Part shown: positions 11,501 to 20,510 of the stretch, piece after piece | How the letters are laid out: every line of letters starts with the position of its first letter | Position numbering within the stretch: position 1 is the stretch's first letter | Source: a virus | Taxonomy: Duplodnaviria; Caudoviricetes | Reading direction: 5' to 3' (one strand) | Virus record (IMG/VR): IMGVR_UViG_3300031760_000005 | Location: 64,001 to 128,000 of that record | Length of the DNA stretch: 64,000 nucleotides | Notes under the pieces: generated by a model | Told to the model about the DNA's origin: nothing | Seen by the model: only the letters and a program-made list of their open reading frames with translations | The model's database searches: none | Translations under genes and position numbers: made by a program

Positions 11501-14500
11501 TAATAAAGATATAACAGATATAGCAAGTAATGCTAATATTCCTTGAATTAATTTAATTTTATCAATTTTACTTAATCTCCATACAATTAAAGCAAATCCA
11601 CCAACTAATACAAAAGTAGCAAATGTAAAACCTACTATATGTTCGGCACCATTTGGATATTTATCCATAAATAATATACCAATACTTAATGCCAATGAAG
11701 ATAACATTACAATTATACCTAATGCCACAGCTGATGGAATTGATTGAATTATTTCTCTTCCTAATTTTTTATATATAAATGTTATGCCCCAAATAAAACC
11801 TGCTAATATAAATCCATATCCAATAATTTGTAAAGGAGCCCAACCATCCTTCATTATATATATAGCAGGTAATAATGCTATACTTGACAATAATATCAAT
11901 ACACCTAATTGCATAGCGTAATTAATATTATTTCTTATATCTTTTCCATATTCTGTATATATATGAGTTATTCCCCAAATGAAAAGTCCCAATATAACAG
12001 CAAAACCAATAACATTTGCAGGAGATGCTAATTTCATAACTATTGCGCCAGCCATTAATATAGCACCTGATATTCCAACAATTAATGCAAAATCTTTAGC
12101 TGCATTTTTTATATCTTGTGATTTTTTGGCTAGAACATAATAAACTCCTCCAACAGTAACTATTAATACAGAAAGCATTACTCCAAAAGCTACAACATCT
12201 TCCCAACCAACAATTGAACTTATTAATGAACCTAACATAAGAATAGAACTAGACACAACTATCAATTTTAAAAATTCATTAGGTATAAATTTACCGTCGT
12301 TATTTAATTCTTTTAACTTTTCACCTGCATACATCCATATTCTCAATAAACCAATAATAAAAACACATTCTGCAGCAACAAATAATACTACATCATACCA
12401 TTTGACAAATTTAAATATTAAAGAACCAGCTATAAGAAGAGCTCCAGATATAGCTACTAATTTTGTTAAACTATTAATTGTATTAAATAAATCTTTATTT
12501 ATACTTTTACTTGCTTGGGCAAATATAAATAATAATCCAAAAACAAATACTCCTAATGTTACTGTAAATCCAAATAAACCGTCTAATGGTAAATATTTAT
12601 ATATGAATGCTCCCAAAATAAGGATAGCTGCTGATTTCATTACAAGATCTGAAATTGATTTTACAGAATCTAATGCATTTTCAATATTTTTGCCCACTGA
12701 ACGTATTGCTAATATTATACCTATTAAAAATGTACCTAATGCTATTGTAAATTCTGCTAAATTACTTTTATCTATAAAATTCATAATGAATGAACCAAGT
12801 AAAAGAACTCCACCAGCAGTTAAAATAAGTAGACTCATACCTTTAGCCCCGTCTAATGATTCTTTTAAACTATCTTTAAACCATTTAAGGCCAAATATAC
12901 CCATAACTCCAGCAATTAATCCAAATAAACACCCAGTAAATGTTATTAAACCCATAGGATTTATTAATGCTGAAACCATACTAGCAGTTACAAGAACAAG
13001 AGAAGAAGCAGTTAATATTAATGTAAATGATTTTAATACATCAATTGATTTTTTTAATTGTTTCTCATCAATTTTACCTAATTTATCAATTATTCCTTTA
13101 ATTGTATCAGCTTCTTTATCTAAAACAGCAAATCCAGCGGTTGGAAATTTCAAATTACCTATAACACGTAATCGTTTAGAAATTTTTTCTAATTCATCAA
13201 TAGATTTTAATAATGACTTTAATTTTACAATATTTACAATATTTAAATTATTAATATTGGTAATTAACGTATCAATTTTAGGTAACAACTTTAATAATGA
13301 TTCAATTTTTGCATTTACCGCACGACCTAATTCTATCTTTTTAATATTAATGATTAAGTTATTTAATTCATCATTTATTAAAGAATTAAGAATTCCTAAT
13401 TTTAACCACATTTTAGTTGTTTTTACTACTCCAGGTATATTATCATTTAATTCAGTATAAAAATTAAATAAATCCTCAAATACATCTAAAATTGGAATAA
13501 CATTATTTACCTTTTCTGATAAATCATTTAAGTTATCTAATATAGAAGATATTGCATCATTAACTATTAAATTTATAAGACTAGTTTTTACTGGAATAGT
13601 CACAACAATTTTAAACAGACTTATATCTGCAATTTTTCCAATTGACTCAAAAAATTCAGATAAATTAGATATTAATTTTGCTCCATTTTCATTTGCATCT
13701 TTAGAAGCGTCATTTAATGCAGAAATTATTTCAGCAACAGATTTAACAATATAATCATGTATATATTGTATATTACGATATGCATTTCTTCGTTGTTTAC
13801 TATCCCACGAAACAACATTTGATAATGCTGTCATGAAATTAGAAAATATTTTAAAATCAATTTCATTTTTAGTTATTTCACTAGCTTTTTCATTTAATAA
13901 TTTAATAATTTCAGTTACATCATCTATTAAGAAATGTTTAATAAACCAAACATTAAATTTAGTTTTTATAATATTAATATTTGTCGCTTCAGTTAGTGTT
14001 TCAAATAAAGTATTAATTAAATCAAGTTTATCTTTTACATCATTAGTTTTAATTTCAATTTTATTAAATGCATTCATTGATTTACACAATGCCAATAAAC
14101 TATCTTTATCTTTATCATTAGTAACAATATCTTTGATTTTACGTAAATTACGTTTTACTAAATCTAATGTTTTTTCTTCATTATTAATTTCAGAAATTGT
14201 TTTAATTAAACCAATTACATTAACAGCAGTATCTGTTAAATATTTTATTTTTATAATATTATCATCTAGTGTAATATCATTAAATATCTTTAGTATTGCT
14301 TTAAATAGATCAGTAAGTTTGCCAATTTCTTTTTCATTAGGTAAACTAATATTAGATATACTACTAAATACTGTTTCTAATGAAGTAAATATATTTTCGT
14401 CATTAAATTTTGTAATTTCATCTTTATTATTTACATCATTAATAAATACATTTAATGATTCTTTAAATGTAGAAATATCAGGAAATTTAGTTTCAAAAAT

Positions 14501-16717
14501 TCCTTTATTTTGATTAATAGTATTAATTACATTATTTACATTAGTAAATATTGTATTAAATCTTTCTTGTGCTTTAGTATCAATATCTGTTTTAATATCA
14601 TTAAGTTTTTTTTGTATGCTTTCAATCGCACTAATATAACTATTAATATTATCAATTGTTTGCATATCAATTTTATTATTAATACTTTGTATAGAAGTTA
14701 CAAAATTTCGTATATTTTCACTTATTTTATTAAGTGTTGCTGTGTATACATCTAAATATAATATATTTGATTGTTCACTTTTTTTACCCTTCTTACCATT
14801 ATTACCTTTTATTTCATTATTTATAAGATTTAATATATTATTTATACCTTTAAATATATTAGCTACTTTAGCTTGTACATCTTCACCATTTTCTATATTG
14901 AATTTAATAGTTATAGGTAACTCTTTATTAGCGTTTATTTCATCTATAAGAGTTTTTACATTATTTATATCACCTGTAAACTTAACGTCTATAGTTGGAT
15001 TTTCTTGTGATAATACAGATAATATATTTTTTACACTATCATCATTACCATTAAATGTAACAGTTATAGGTAATTCATTATTAGTGTTTATTTTATTTAT
15101 AAGCTCATTTATATTATTTATATTACCTGTAAACTTAACATCTATAGTTGGATTTTCTTTTGATAATACAGATAATATATTTTTTACACTATCATCATTA
15201 CCATTAAATGTAACAGTTATAGGTAACTCTTTATTAGCGTTTATTTCATCTATAAGAGTTTTTACATTATTTATATCACCTGTAAACTTAACATCTATAG
15301 TTGGATTTTCTTGTGATAATACAGATAATATGCTATTTACACTATCATCGTTACCATTAAATGTAACATTTATAGTTGGATTTTCTTTTGATAATATAGA
15401 TAATATGCTATTTACACTATCATCATTACCATTAAATGTAACAGTTATAGGTAATTCATTATTAGTGTTTATTTTATTTATAAGCTCATTTATATTATTT
15501 ATATTACCTGTAAACTTAACATCTATAGTTGGATTTTCTTTTGATAATACAGATAATATATTTTTTACACTATCATCATTACCATTAAATGTAACAGTTA
15601 TAGGTAACTCTTTATTAGCGTTTATTTCATCTATAAGAGTTTTTACATTATTTATATCACCTGTAAACTTAACATCTATAGTTGGATTTTCTTGTGATAA
15701 TACAGATAATATGCTATTTACACTATCATCGTTACCATTAAATGTAACAATTATAGGTAATTCATTATTAGTGTTTATTCTATTTATAAGCTCATTTATA
15801 TTATTTATATCACCTGTAAACTTAACGTCTATAGTTGGATTTTCTTGTAATAATACAGATAATATATTTTTTACATTATCATCGTTACCATTAAACGTAA
15901 CATTTATAGTTGGATTTTCTTTTGATAATACAGATAATATGCTATTTACACTATCATCATTACCATTAAATGTAACAGTTATAGGTAACTCTTTATTAGC
16001 GTTTATTTCATCTATAAAAGTTTTTATATTACTTGTATCACCTGTAAATGTAACAGTTATAGTTGGTTTGTTTTGTGATAATGATTCCAATATTTGTATT
16101 ATATTATCATTATTACCATTAAATGTAACAGTTATAGGTAATTCATTATTATCATTTATTTTATTTATAAGTTTACTTATATTACTTATATCACCATTAA
16201 TCTCTAATTTTAATGGATTTTTATTTATATCTTTAATAGAATCTTCAATAGTATTACATATAAAACTAGTACTATTTTCAATAGCACCTGTAATTGTAGA
16301 AATTGCCACCATAATATTGGCTTTATTTTCTATTAATTGATTTTTTACACCATTTATATATACATCATTAGATAATGTACTAGTATTATTTATTTTTGGA
16401 AAATCATTTGTTTGCTTATTAATAGTTTCTTTATTATCTTTAATCGCTTTTGATATTTCAGATATACCATGTAATAAGCCAATAAATCCTCCATCACTAC
16501 CAATACCTGATATTATAGATTTTGCGGCACCAGATTTATCTTTGCCACTCATTATTTTATTACCAGCATTTGGTCCACCAATTAATGCAGCAATAAGACC
16601 ATTAAGTGTAGTTAATACGCCTAATGATTCTTCTTCTGTATTTTTATCTCCACTTGGTGTATTAGTTGGTCTTACACGACTAACAAAGCCTAAATGTTTT
16701 CTTTTTTCTTCAGCCAT
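5534..16717 (-). CDS. tape measure protein-like giant virion protein (3727 aa)
   Basis: Very long helical repetitive ORF; central block of many hydrophobic segments; ~90-aa quasi-repeats (..KDYANxxxPxYD..G); next to tail-tube-like gene; preceded by class-II motif. Confidence 0.75.
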   Translation of the reverse strand: MAEEKRKHLGFVSRVRPTNTPSGDKNTEEESLGVLTTLNGLIAALIGGPNAGNKIMSGKDKSGAAKSIISGIGSDGGFIGLLHGISEISKAIKDNKETINKQTNDFPKINNTSTLSNDVYINGVKNQLIENKANIMVAISTITGAIENSTSFICNTIEDSIKDINKNPLKLEINGDISNISKLINKINDNNELPITVTFNGNNDNIIQILESLSQNKPTITVTFTGDTSNIKTFIDEINANKELPITVTFNGNDDSVNSILSVLSKENPTINVTFNGNDDNVKNILSVLLQENPTIDVKFTGDINNINELINRINTNNELPIIVTFNGNDDSVNSILSVLSQENPTIDVKFTGDINNVKTLIDEINANKELPITVTFNGNDDSVKNILSVLSKENPTIDVKFTGNINNINELINKINTNNELPITVTFNGNDDSVNSILSILSKENPTINVTFNGNDDSVNSILSVLSQENPTIDVKFTGDINNVKTLIDEINANKELPITVTFNGNDDSVKNILSVLSKENPTIDVKFTGNINNINELINKINTNNELPITVTFNGNDDSVKNILSVLSQENPTIDVKFTGDINNVKTLIDEINANKELPITIKFNIENGEDVQAKVANIFKGINNILNLINNEIKGNNGKKGKKSEQSNILYLDVYTATLNKISENIRNFVTSIQSINNKIDMQTIDNINSYISAIESIQKKLNDIKTDIDTKAQERFNTIFTNVNNVINTINQNKGIFETKFPDISTFKESLNVFINDVNNKDEITKFNDENIFTSLETVFSSISNISLPNEKEIGKLTDLFKAILKIFNDITLDDNIIKIKYLTDTAVNVIGLIKTISEINNEEKTLDLVKRNLRKIKDIVTNDKDKDSLLALCKSMNAFNKIEIKTNDVKDKLDLINTLFETLTEATNINIIKTKFNVWFIKHFLIDDVTEIIKLLNEKASEITKNEIDFKIFSNFMTALSNVVSWDSKQRRNAYRNIQYIHDYIVKSVAEIISALNDASKDANENGAKLISNLSEFFESIGKIADISLFKIVVTIPVKTSLINLIVNDAISSILDNLNDLSEKVNNVIPILDVFEDLFNFYTELNDNIPGVVKTTKMWLKLGILNSLINDELNNLIINIKKIELGRAVNAKIESLLKLLPKIDTLITNINNLNIVNIVKLKSLLKSIDELEKISKRLRVIGNLKFPTAGFAVLDKEADTIKGIIDKLGKIDEKQLKKSIDVLKSFTLILTASSLVLVTASMVSALINPMGLITFTGCLFGLIAGVMGIFGLKWFKDSLKESLDGAKGMSLLILTAGGVLLLGSFIMNFIDKSNLAEFTIALGTFLIGIILAIRSVGKNIENALDSVKSISDLVMKSAAILILGAFIYKYLPLDGLFGFTVTLGVFVFGLLFIFAQASKSINKDLFNTINSLTKLVAISGALLIAGSLIFKFVKWYDVVLFVAAECVFIIGLLRIWMYAGEKLKELNNDGKFIPNEFLKLIVVSSSILMLGSLISSIVGWEDVVAFGVMLSVLIVTVGGVYYVLAKKSQDIKNAAKDFALIVGISGAILMAGAIVMKLASPANVIGFAVILGLFIWGITHIYTEYGKDIRNNINYAMQLGVLILLSSIALLPAIYIMKDGWAPLQIIGYGFILAGFIWGITFIYKKLGREIIQSIPSAVALGIIVMLSSLALSIGILFMDKYPNGAEHIVGFTFATFVLVGGFALIVWRLSKIDKIKLIQGILALLAISVISLLCATVIGKIAKIGQDYDLKKTWMVLLQMGTIILGVTALAIGLGALTLSGFGTAALIAGIAALGAIVAIVYYAGKAMKMIADSMVAMEKVKGFNPKPIINGIKGFMEIAFSLKSIIGISPIISIASYTIISLSNALSKIAKSVKDYASLRVPIYEGTKIVGYRSLKTEDFKNASTNVSIVITTLGNAVLNTYNKNPKLFKGFKFAMIVTSISTLGNLLSKIARSVKNYASLVVPEYNGTKIVKYNKLDKTDFENAAKNIGIVITTLSKAVVSVYDNNPEMFETNWYGRSKFAKVTMALSKLGSLISRISSGIKDYANFTAPIYDEKTGQLIGKESIGESHFTKASTCISTIISVLGNAIIDAYKAHPDYYETTGGIFGFGGSSPFTRTISANMKLASLISTIARAVKDYANFTVPKYNEKGELVGKERLSESHFKEASACITSIITMLGGAIIKAYELHPDYYETTGGIFGFGGSSPFTRTISANMKLASLISTIARAVKDYANFTVPIYDEKTGQLKGNRTLDSSDFIKASNNIKLILSTLGASIIATYNSNKDMYDEKGLIGGNSPFTNTINANTKLANLISKIASGIKDFSNLTMPIYDEKTGQLKGNRTLSNKDFINASKNISTVISILGNTIISVSKEHKDWFEDGKDSVFAQTCDSLSNMGNMISNIANGVKLYSELKFPVYDPNTKAIKENEYKMLDKKDFENAADNIALIISTLGKSIIQVFNENTDWFEDGNDSLFKKVSESVLGMGQMIGSIASGLKEYSMLNIPLRWNPDGTIAEYTKMKDPDFTAAADNIKKIIRVIGGAILDLSNDPRAAEMFDIPGPKSLKGLIFGEDSDNKFIRIVQSCMAMGNMISVIAESVKDFASMQVPEYDSNGYPTGKIVRLDKSDFTNAGTNISTIIDTIGNALMTTFEKHKDWFDGKENTNFDNIIKGAASMGRVINNIAQSIKNYANLTVPLYDETGKKISDNVTLNKFDFETAANNIGKIITTLGNSIAGIDSDLLKNDNLPNIIDSIISISKVIGIISKGISDYSKLAMPISFDDKGNPTAYRQLTEQDFTNAGNNIGNVLMIIGNKILEISEHPAFTKFAPVAKNISLLYKNIGSSLASIVGTIKLFASEKYIDENGNVISINSTVIDGAIDRIQKIITAIGRGIVDAIGDNADLFGKQGFWDWAVGKKSSESNIPALVAAKAISMMVSPIAEIAKILSIYANGNIVDENGKTINLDIDAARKNIVKLLSSLISVISGQASIGKEKIDLSNFELDKNGKSLANSVIEGITNIVGIINNIAEEIKVFNEIDQENNISNNIDTIIQNIKNIIYGSDTKGGILSLSSIFDKNDNFTKFNNLNVNEINKMNTIFSSIVSASENSIENLKQLNDEIIDFVPTIKIEQHVLNIFERINNILNGFIDNIYNNFNKTNIDVDAINSTYQTINTMFKSIISINNLYEENNEKINGAKSNIDKIKKFVLNCVNIYSIIHNVLSANNFNKKVIELNNVKTDINIFNALINFINRVNQIVSKYNAENDDNNKFSKITKLFEDYKSLNNIINNQLISADKQYVNKLDKIKEQFENNKEIIDGLVISMKTIINSFENTTDFGENGDNNIFSKITKLFTDYNNLSSIINNGLNSFTSKLFKNKFNNNLTEQFTHDEAIIKQLLISIENIKQSFIGAVDFSKNGELFKTISDFITFIYTVKKQIAEKENSEDENNLFTNYLQTINDFISLSEYAKNIGTDGYDNISEGIDDVYTSTNNIGNNKNFKEHVEALSKYVRSINSLNTSKIDKITHMANSMNALATKFGDLDTFAKNFEANLSKILDKLTEELALSKDTIDKAESIQTKRHQLISESITKIQTIMKDPLQINIVKVDDTSSLTNDGGNGNGNSQTPQGGGGNNASSKPSSNDTNSSLSSSGGTMPKASDDNATSTKGNSSSESKNKKDSQKTSSNDTVENKFKTILNRMDQLITKSSSIETSITKLKNDLSGQI
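9984..10412 (-). repeat. ~150-nt near-identical internal duplication in tape measure gene
   Basis: 9984-10133 vs 10263-10412 (offset 279 nt = 93 codons), both encoding HPDYYETTGGIFGFGGSSPFTRTISANMKLASLISTIARAVKDYANFTVP. Confidence 0.85.
14905..16160 (-). repeat. tandem near-identical coding repeats (~25-aa units) in tape measure N-terminus
   Basis: Alternating units ELPITVTFNGNDDSVxxILSVLSxE / NPTIDVKFTGxINNxxxLIxxINxNx, near-identical at DNA level. Confidence 0.9.
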
Positions 16718-16745
16718 TTATTATTAAAGATATTTTAAATACTAA

Positions 16746-16759
16746 TTTATTAAAAATAA
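16746..16759 (-). promoter_or_regulatory. putative class-II (late) promoter TTATTTTTAATAAA
   Basis: Same motif upstream of several structural, lysis and capsid-tag genes. Confidence 0.55.
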
Positions 16760-16793
16760 AACACACATCTAAATATTTTTATTATATTAAAAG

Positions 16794-16821
16794 AAAAAGA
16801 CTAACATAAGTTAGTCTTTTT
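16794..16821 (-). terminator. intrinsic terminator
   Basis: AAAAAGACTAAC-ATAA-GTTAGTCTTTTT. Confidence 0.75.
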
Positions 16822-16839
16822 ATATATTATTTTTTTATT

Positions 16840-17445
16840 TTATTTTTTATACCATTTAGGTGGATTATTTTCTAACGGTGAATTATTAAACATCTCCCTC
16901 ATATCTATAACATTACTAACATCCCAATCCGATATATCTTTATTAAATTCAGAACTCATAAACATTCCATACATATTAGTTACATTACTTACATCCCATT
17001 CAGATATATTTCCATTAAAATCTGAATTATAAAACATATCCTCCATATTAGTTACATTACTTACATCCCATTTAGATATATCCTGGTTAAATTCAGTATA
17101 TTTAAACATCTCACTCATATCTATAACATTACTTACATCCCATTCAGATATATCACCATTAAAATCTGAATTATAAAACATATCCCCCATATTAGTTACA
17201 TTAGATACATCCCATTTTGATATATCGCCATTAAAATCCGAATCATAAAATAATTCATTCATATCCGTTATTTTACTAACATCTATATCATTTAAATCAG
17301 CTTCATTACCACGTTCTTTTATAAGTTGTTTAATTAATTTTTCTAATTCATTACTAGTTTTTGGATGATAACTATATTTATCACCCAATTTAGTATTAGA
17401 TCCAATTTGCAATTTTTCCGTTATATAATTATTTATTCTTTTCAT
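16840..17445 (-). CDS. DUF285/BspA-like repeat protein (5 x 24-aa modules) with N-terminal capsid-targeting-like peptide
   Basis: Repeats FNGDISxWDVSNVxxMxxMFxxSx; paralogue of the 42775-45240 array; starts [10 protein letters not shown]. Confidence 0.9.
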   Translation of the reverse strand: MKRINNYITEKLQIGSNTKLGDKYSYHPKTSNELEKLIKQLIKERGNEADLNDIDVSKITDMNELFYDSDFNGDISKWDVSNVTNMGDMFYNSDFNGDISEWDVSNVIDMSEMFKYTEFNQDISKWDVSNVTNMEDMFYNSDFNGNISEWDVSNVTNMYGMFMSSEFNKDISDWDVSNVIDMREMFNNSPLENNPPKWYKK

Positions 17446-17455
17446 ATTATATTTA

Positions 17456-17695
17456 TTATTCGTAATATGAAATCCATTTAAATTGTTTTACTTTATCAAT
17501 ATATTTTAACAGCATTATAATTCGTAAATCTATAAGTTGTAAAAATGTCACAAGTATAGAATTACCTTTAAATAAAATTTTAGGCAATGTTTTATTTAGA
17601 ATTCCATAATGAGCATAATCATATTTATTACCTCCTAGAAATTCATATTGTTTAAAATCATTTGTTCTATAATTTGTTGCTTGTTTAATATCCAT
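17456..17695 (-). CDS. hypothetical protein
   Basis: Likely start MDIKQ at 17695, 1 nt after the upstream stop. Confidence 0.6.
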   Translation of the reverse strand: MDIKQATNYRTNDFKQYEFLGGNKYDYAHYGILNKTLPKILFKGNSILVTFLQLIDLRIIMLLKYIDKVKQFKWISYYE

Positions 17696-17696
17696 G

Positions 17697-17954
17697 TTAA
17701 CATATTTGCATAATTTCTCCAATTCCAGAAACATTAACATTTCTTTGGGTAAATTTACTATTATCTATTAAATTAGAGTTTTCGTTATGTATTGCTTTAT
17801 ATTTATCATAACTTTTAAAATAATTATAAATATCTTTTTCATTTGGTGATAATGAATCTACTACATTATTTTTATTACCATTAATGATATCCCCATATGT
17901 TTGGTTTGGATTATTTCTTGTAAAGTAATCATTTATATATTTAAATAAATTCAT
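17697..17954 (-). CDS. hypothetical protein
   Basis: 85 aa ORF behind class-II motif. Confidence 0.65.
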   Translation of the reverse strand: MNLFKYINDYFTRNNPNQTYGDIINGNKNNVVDSLSPNEKDIYNYFKSYDKYKAIHNENSNLIDNSKFTQRNVNVSGIGEIMQIC

Positions 17955-17971
17955 AATTATTACTCTATATA

Positions 17972-17985
17972 TTTATTAAAAATAA
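17972..17985 (-). promoter_or_regulatory. putative class-II promoter TTATTTTTAATAAA
   Basis: Fused to the T-run of the ompA terminator. Confidence 0.5.
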
Positions 17986-18015
17986 AAAAGACTGACTTTT
18001 AAAAGTCAGTCTTTT
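17986..18015 (-). terminator. intrinsic terminator after OmpA gene
   Basis: AAAAGACTGACTTTT/AAAAGTCAGTCTTTT palindrome with T-run. Confidence 0.8.
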
Positions 18016-18041
18016 CATAAAAATAATAATTAATTATTTAA

Positions 18042-19094
18042 TTACTGAATAGTAACAATAGCTACTCGACCAGATGCATCACCAGCTACACCCTTACCTT
18101 CAGCGCTTTCTACAACTACACCCTTATTCTCAAGGTAAGATTTAACTGCATCAGCTCTACGTTGTGAAAGGTTTTGATTATATCTTTCTACACCTTCAGG
18201 AGAAGCATAAGCTACAATAGAAACTGTATCTTTAATTTCATCAAGAGTTGCCTTAGCTTCATCTGTCAACTCATCAGAATCAAATGCGAAGAAAATGTAA
18301 GTTGTTTGAGGAGTAGTATTAACTGCAACTGTGTCAGTAACAATAACTTCTTTAATTACTTCAACTTCCTTAGGCTTCTTAGCAAGCTCTTCATTCAAAG
18401 CGGCGATTTCAGCATTCATTGCACCAATATCATATGTCTTGAAATGATGTGTACCATTTGAAGTCTTGAAATGGTATGTATATCCAAGACCAAGATAAAG
18501 TTGTGCAAAATCAGAACTCATAGCGAGTTGTCTAGGAGCAGTTGGAGTAACATTCCAAACTACAGCAGGACGAATACTCAAAGTATGAGCCTTTGCCTTA
18601 CCAAGATTAAAGGCGAAATCAAGACCAGTCTTAAATCCAAGACCATTAATATCATTGTCATCACCTTTAAGATAACGATGAGTCCAACCCATACCCAAAA
18701 CTGTATTTACTTCAAATAGGCGTGGAGCTCCACGATATCCTGCAAATAGATTTGAAAGATTAATCAAACCGTTTACACCTACATAATGACCACGGATAAA
18801 TCCAAAATTCAAATCTTCATTCTGTGGTACATTAAAACCTCCACCATTTGATTCAAATCCCCAAAGAGTACCTTCCAATTCAGCACCCCATACAGGAGTA
18901 AACCACTTACCTACTGCAATACCTGCACTTGGGTTAAGAGGAGTAACGTTATCAAAATTAAGGGGCATGCCAAAACCACCATTAATAGTGATATACGTAT
19001 TGTCAAGCAACTTAGGATTTTCAATCGCAATTTGTGCATTAGCACTAAACATTGTGGCAAATACAAATGCCAACATCAAAATAAATTTTCTCAT
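18042..19094 (-). CDS. OmpA-family outer membrane protein (Bacteroidales type)
   Basis: Signal peptide (SANA-Q); beta-barrel strands (AVGKWFTPVWG, LGLGYTYHF); coiled coil; OmpA C-domain FFAFDS...YASPEG..YNQNLSQRRADAV. Confidence 0.9.
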   Translation of the reverse strand: MRKFILMLAFVFATMFSANAQIAIENPKLLDNTYITINGGFGMPLNFDNVTPLNPSAGIAVGKWFTPVWGAELEGTLWGFESNGGGFNVPQNEDLNFGFIRGHYVGVNGLINLSNLFAGYRGAPRLFEVNTVLGMGWTHRYLKGDDNDINGLGFKTGLDFAFNLGKAKAHTLSIRPAVVWNVTPTAPRQLAMSSDFAQLYLGLGYTYHFKTSNGTHHFKTYDIGAMNAEIAALNEELAKKPKEVEVIKEVIVTDTVAVNTTPQTTYIFFAFDSDELTDEAKATLDEIKDTVSIVAYASPEGVERYNQNLSQRRADAVKSYLENKGVVVESAEGKGVAGDASGRVAIVTIQ

Positions 19095-19155
19095 AATTAA
19101 AATTTTAATAAATTAAGTTAAAAAATATTTTTTGATACTTTATCGTACCATTTTT

Positions 19156-19185
19156 AATATAGATATGTTGTTTAAAATTTTTCAA
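19156..19185 (-). promoter_or_regulatory. putative class-I promoter TTGAA-N18-CTATATT
   Basis: Recurrent motif upstream of the OmpA gene. Confidence 0.6.
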
Positions 19186-19462
19186 AATTTGTAGTAAGAT
19201 AAATTCGTATAAAAATACATATGGCACTCGAATTACCATTATAATTAGGATTACTACAATTCCAATGCTGATATGAGTATGAAACAGAGTGTACTTTATA
19301 TCCACTATATAGCTTAACATTATCTCCAAGTAAAGAAATGTCTACAGAATCTCCTGTATGAGGAATAGGATATGATGACAAATCTACATTATCTATAGTA
19401 TCAATAGTCTTACCTTCTGGTGTAGATATATCAATATATGAAACTCTATTATTATTTTTCAT
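19172..19462 (-). CDS. hypothetical protein
   Basis: 96 aa, in overlapping co-oriented run. Confidence 0.65.
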   Translation of the reverse strand: MKNNNRVSYIDISTPEGKTIDTIDNVDLSSYPIPHTGDSVDISLLGDNVKLYSGYKVHSVSYSYQHWNCSNPNYNGNSSAICIFIRIYLTTNFEKF

Positions 19463-19793
19463 CTTTTTCTAATGTAATTTCTTTAAAATATGCTAAAGGA
19501 TGATTGAATTTATATTTAGTGTCTTTAATTACTCCTTCTGAACAACACATACGATATGTGATATCATTCAAATCATCTGCTAATCTTTCACAATCATCTG
19601 CTAATTCGCATTTTTCTTCACAAACTTTTCTACTAGTTTTAATAAATGATTTGAAATATGGACAATCTAACTGTCCCCCAAAACATTGCTCTGCTGTAAA
19701 ATCACACTTTTCACATTCCATTGAAGGATCTTCTAAATCATCGTCTTTCCAATCATTTAGATAAAACTTTCCATATAATCTATTCTTATCCAT
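19452..19793 (-). CDS. Cys-rich hypothetical protein
   Basis: Two CExC motifs plus further Cys. Confidence 0.7.
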   Translation of the reverse strand: MDKNRLYGKFYLNDWKDDDLEDPSMECEKCDFTAEQCFGGQLDCPYFKSFIKTSRKVCEEKCELADDCERLADDLNDITYRMCCSEGVIKDTKYKFNHPLAYFKEITLEKDEK

Positions 19794-20148
19794 TTTTTAT
19801 AATAAGATGCGTTATTTTAATATTCTTTACAACAAAATTATGGGGGCAATATTCACCAACAAATAATGTGTTAATATGTGAATTAATCAATTTCAATTTA
19901 CATTCATCTATTAGTCTATTTGGATTTGTACCTTCAAAAATCCAAGCCATATTAACAAATATCTTGAAAAATTCCCTTATACAACTAATAATTGCATTAT
20001 CTACAATTAGCTTATTACTATCGAACAATACATTACGAAGATATCTCAAATTCCACTTTACATCATATTCAAGATAACAATAAAACTTCTTATTATCCTT
20101 TGTTGGAAGATCAAACATAATATTGTGATGCTTATAAAACATAATCAA
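19786..20148 (-). CDS. hypothetical protein
   Basis: ATGA overlap with upstream gene. Confidence 0.6.
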   Translation of the reverse strand: MIMFYKHHNIMFDLPTKDNKKFYCYLEYDVKWNLRYLRNVLFDSNKLIVDNAIISCIREFFKIFVNMAWIFEGTNPNRLIDECKLKLINSHINTLFVGEYCPHNFVVKNIKITHLIIKNG

Positions 20149-20510
20149 TTTTCGTATGAAGGTTTAATATTTGTAATTTCAAATTCGTTAATATTAATTC
20201 CATTTTTTCTCAAATCGAATTTAATATAATTGAATATTGACCTTTCCAATTTTTTTGCTTGAATTTTGTATGTTTTTGCTAGATTTTGCTTCAAACGTCC
20301 ACTTTTTGAAAATACCGCAGCAATATGATAATGTACAATATCATCAACAGAAATATTTCTAACTGAAAAATACTTCCAAAATGGATAACTAACTTTAATC
20401 TTATACGTAATATCATACGTCAAAAGAAAAGAATTAACACAATTAAAAGTGTTTGTGTAAATTTTAGAAATAGTAAACATATAAATATCAGTTTTTGTCA
20501 AATTTTCCAT
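20145..20510 (-). CDS. hypothetical protein
   Basis: 121 aa, overlapping run. Confidence 0.6.
   Translation of the reverse strand: MENLTKTDIYMFTISKIYTNTFNCVNSFLLTYDITYKIKVSYPFWKYFSVRNISVDDIVHYHIAAVFSKSGRLKQNLAKTYKIQAKKLERSIFNYIKFDLRKNGININEFEITNIKPSYEN

Noticed and set aside
14742-16340. 532-aa plus-strand ORF, and others at 5994-14755 such as 12402-13460 and 7254-7859
   Set aside because: Antisense shadows of the tape-measure-like gene. They arise from its repeats and codon bias and have implausible Leu/Ile/Phe/Ser-rich composition.
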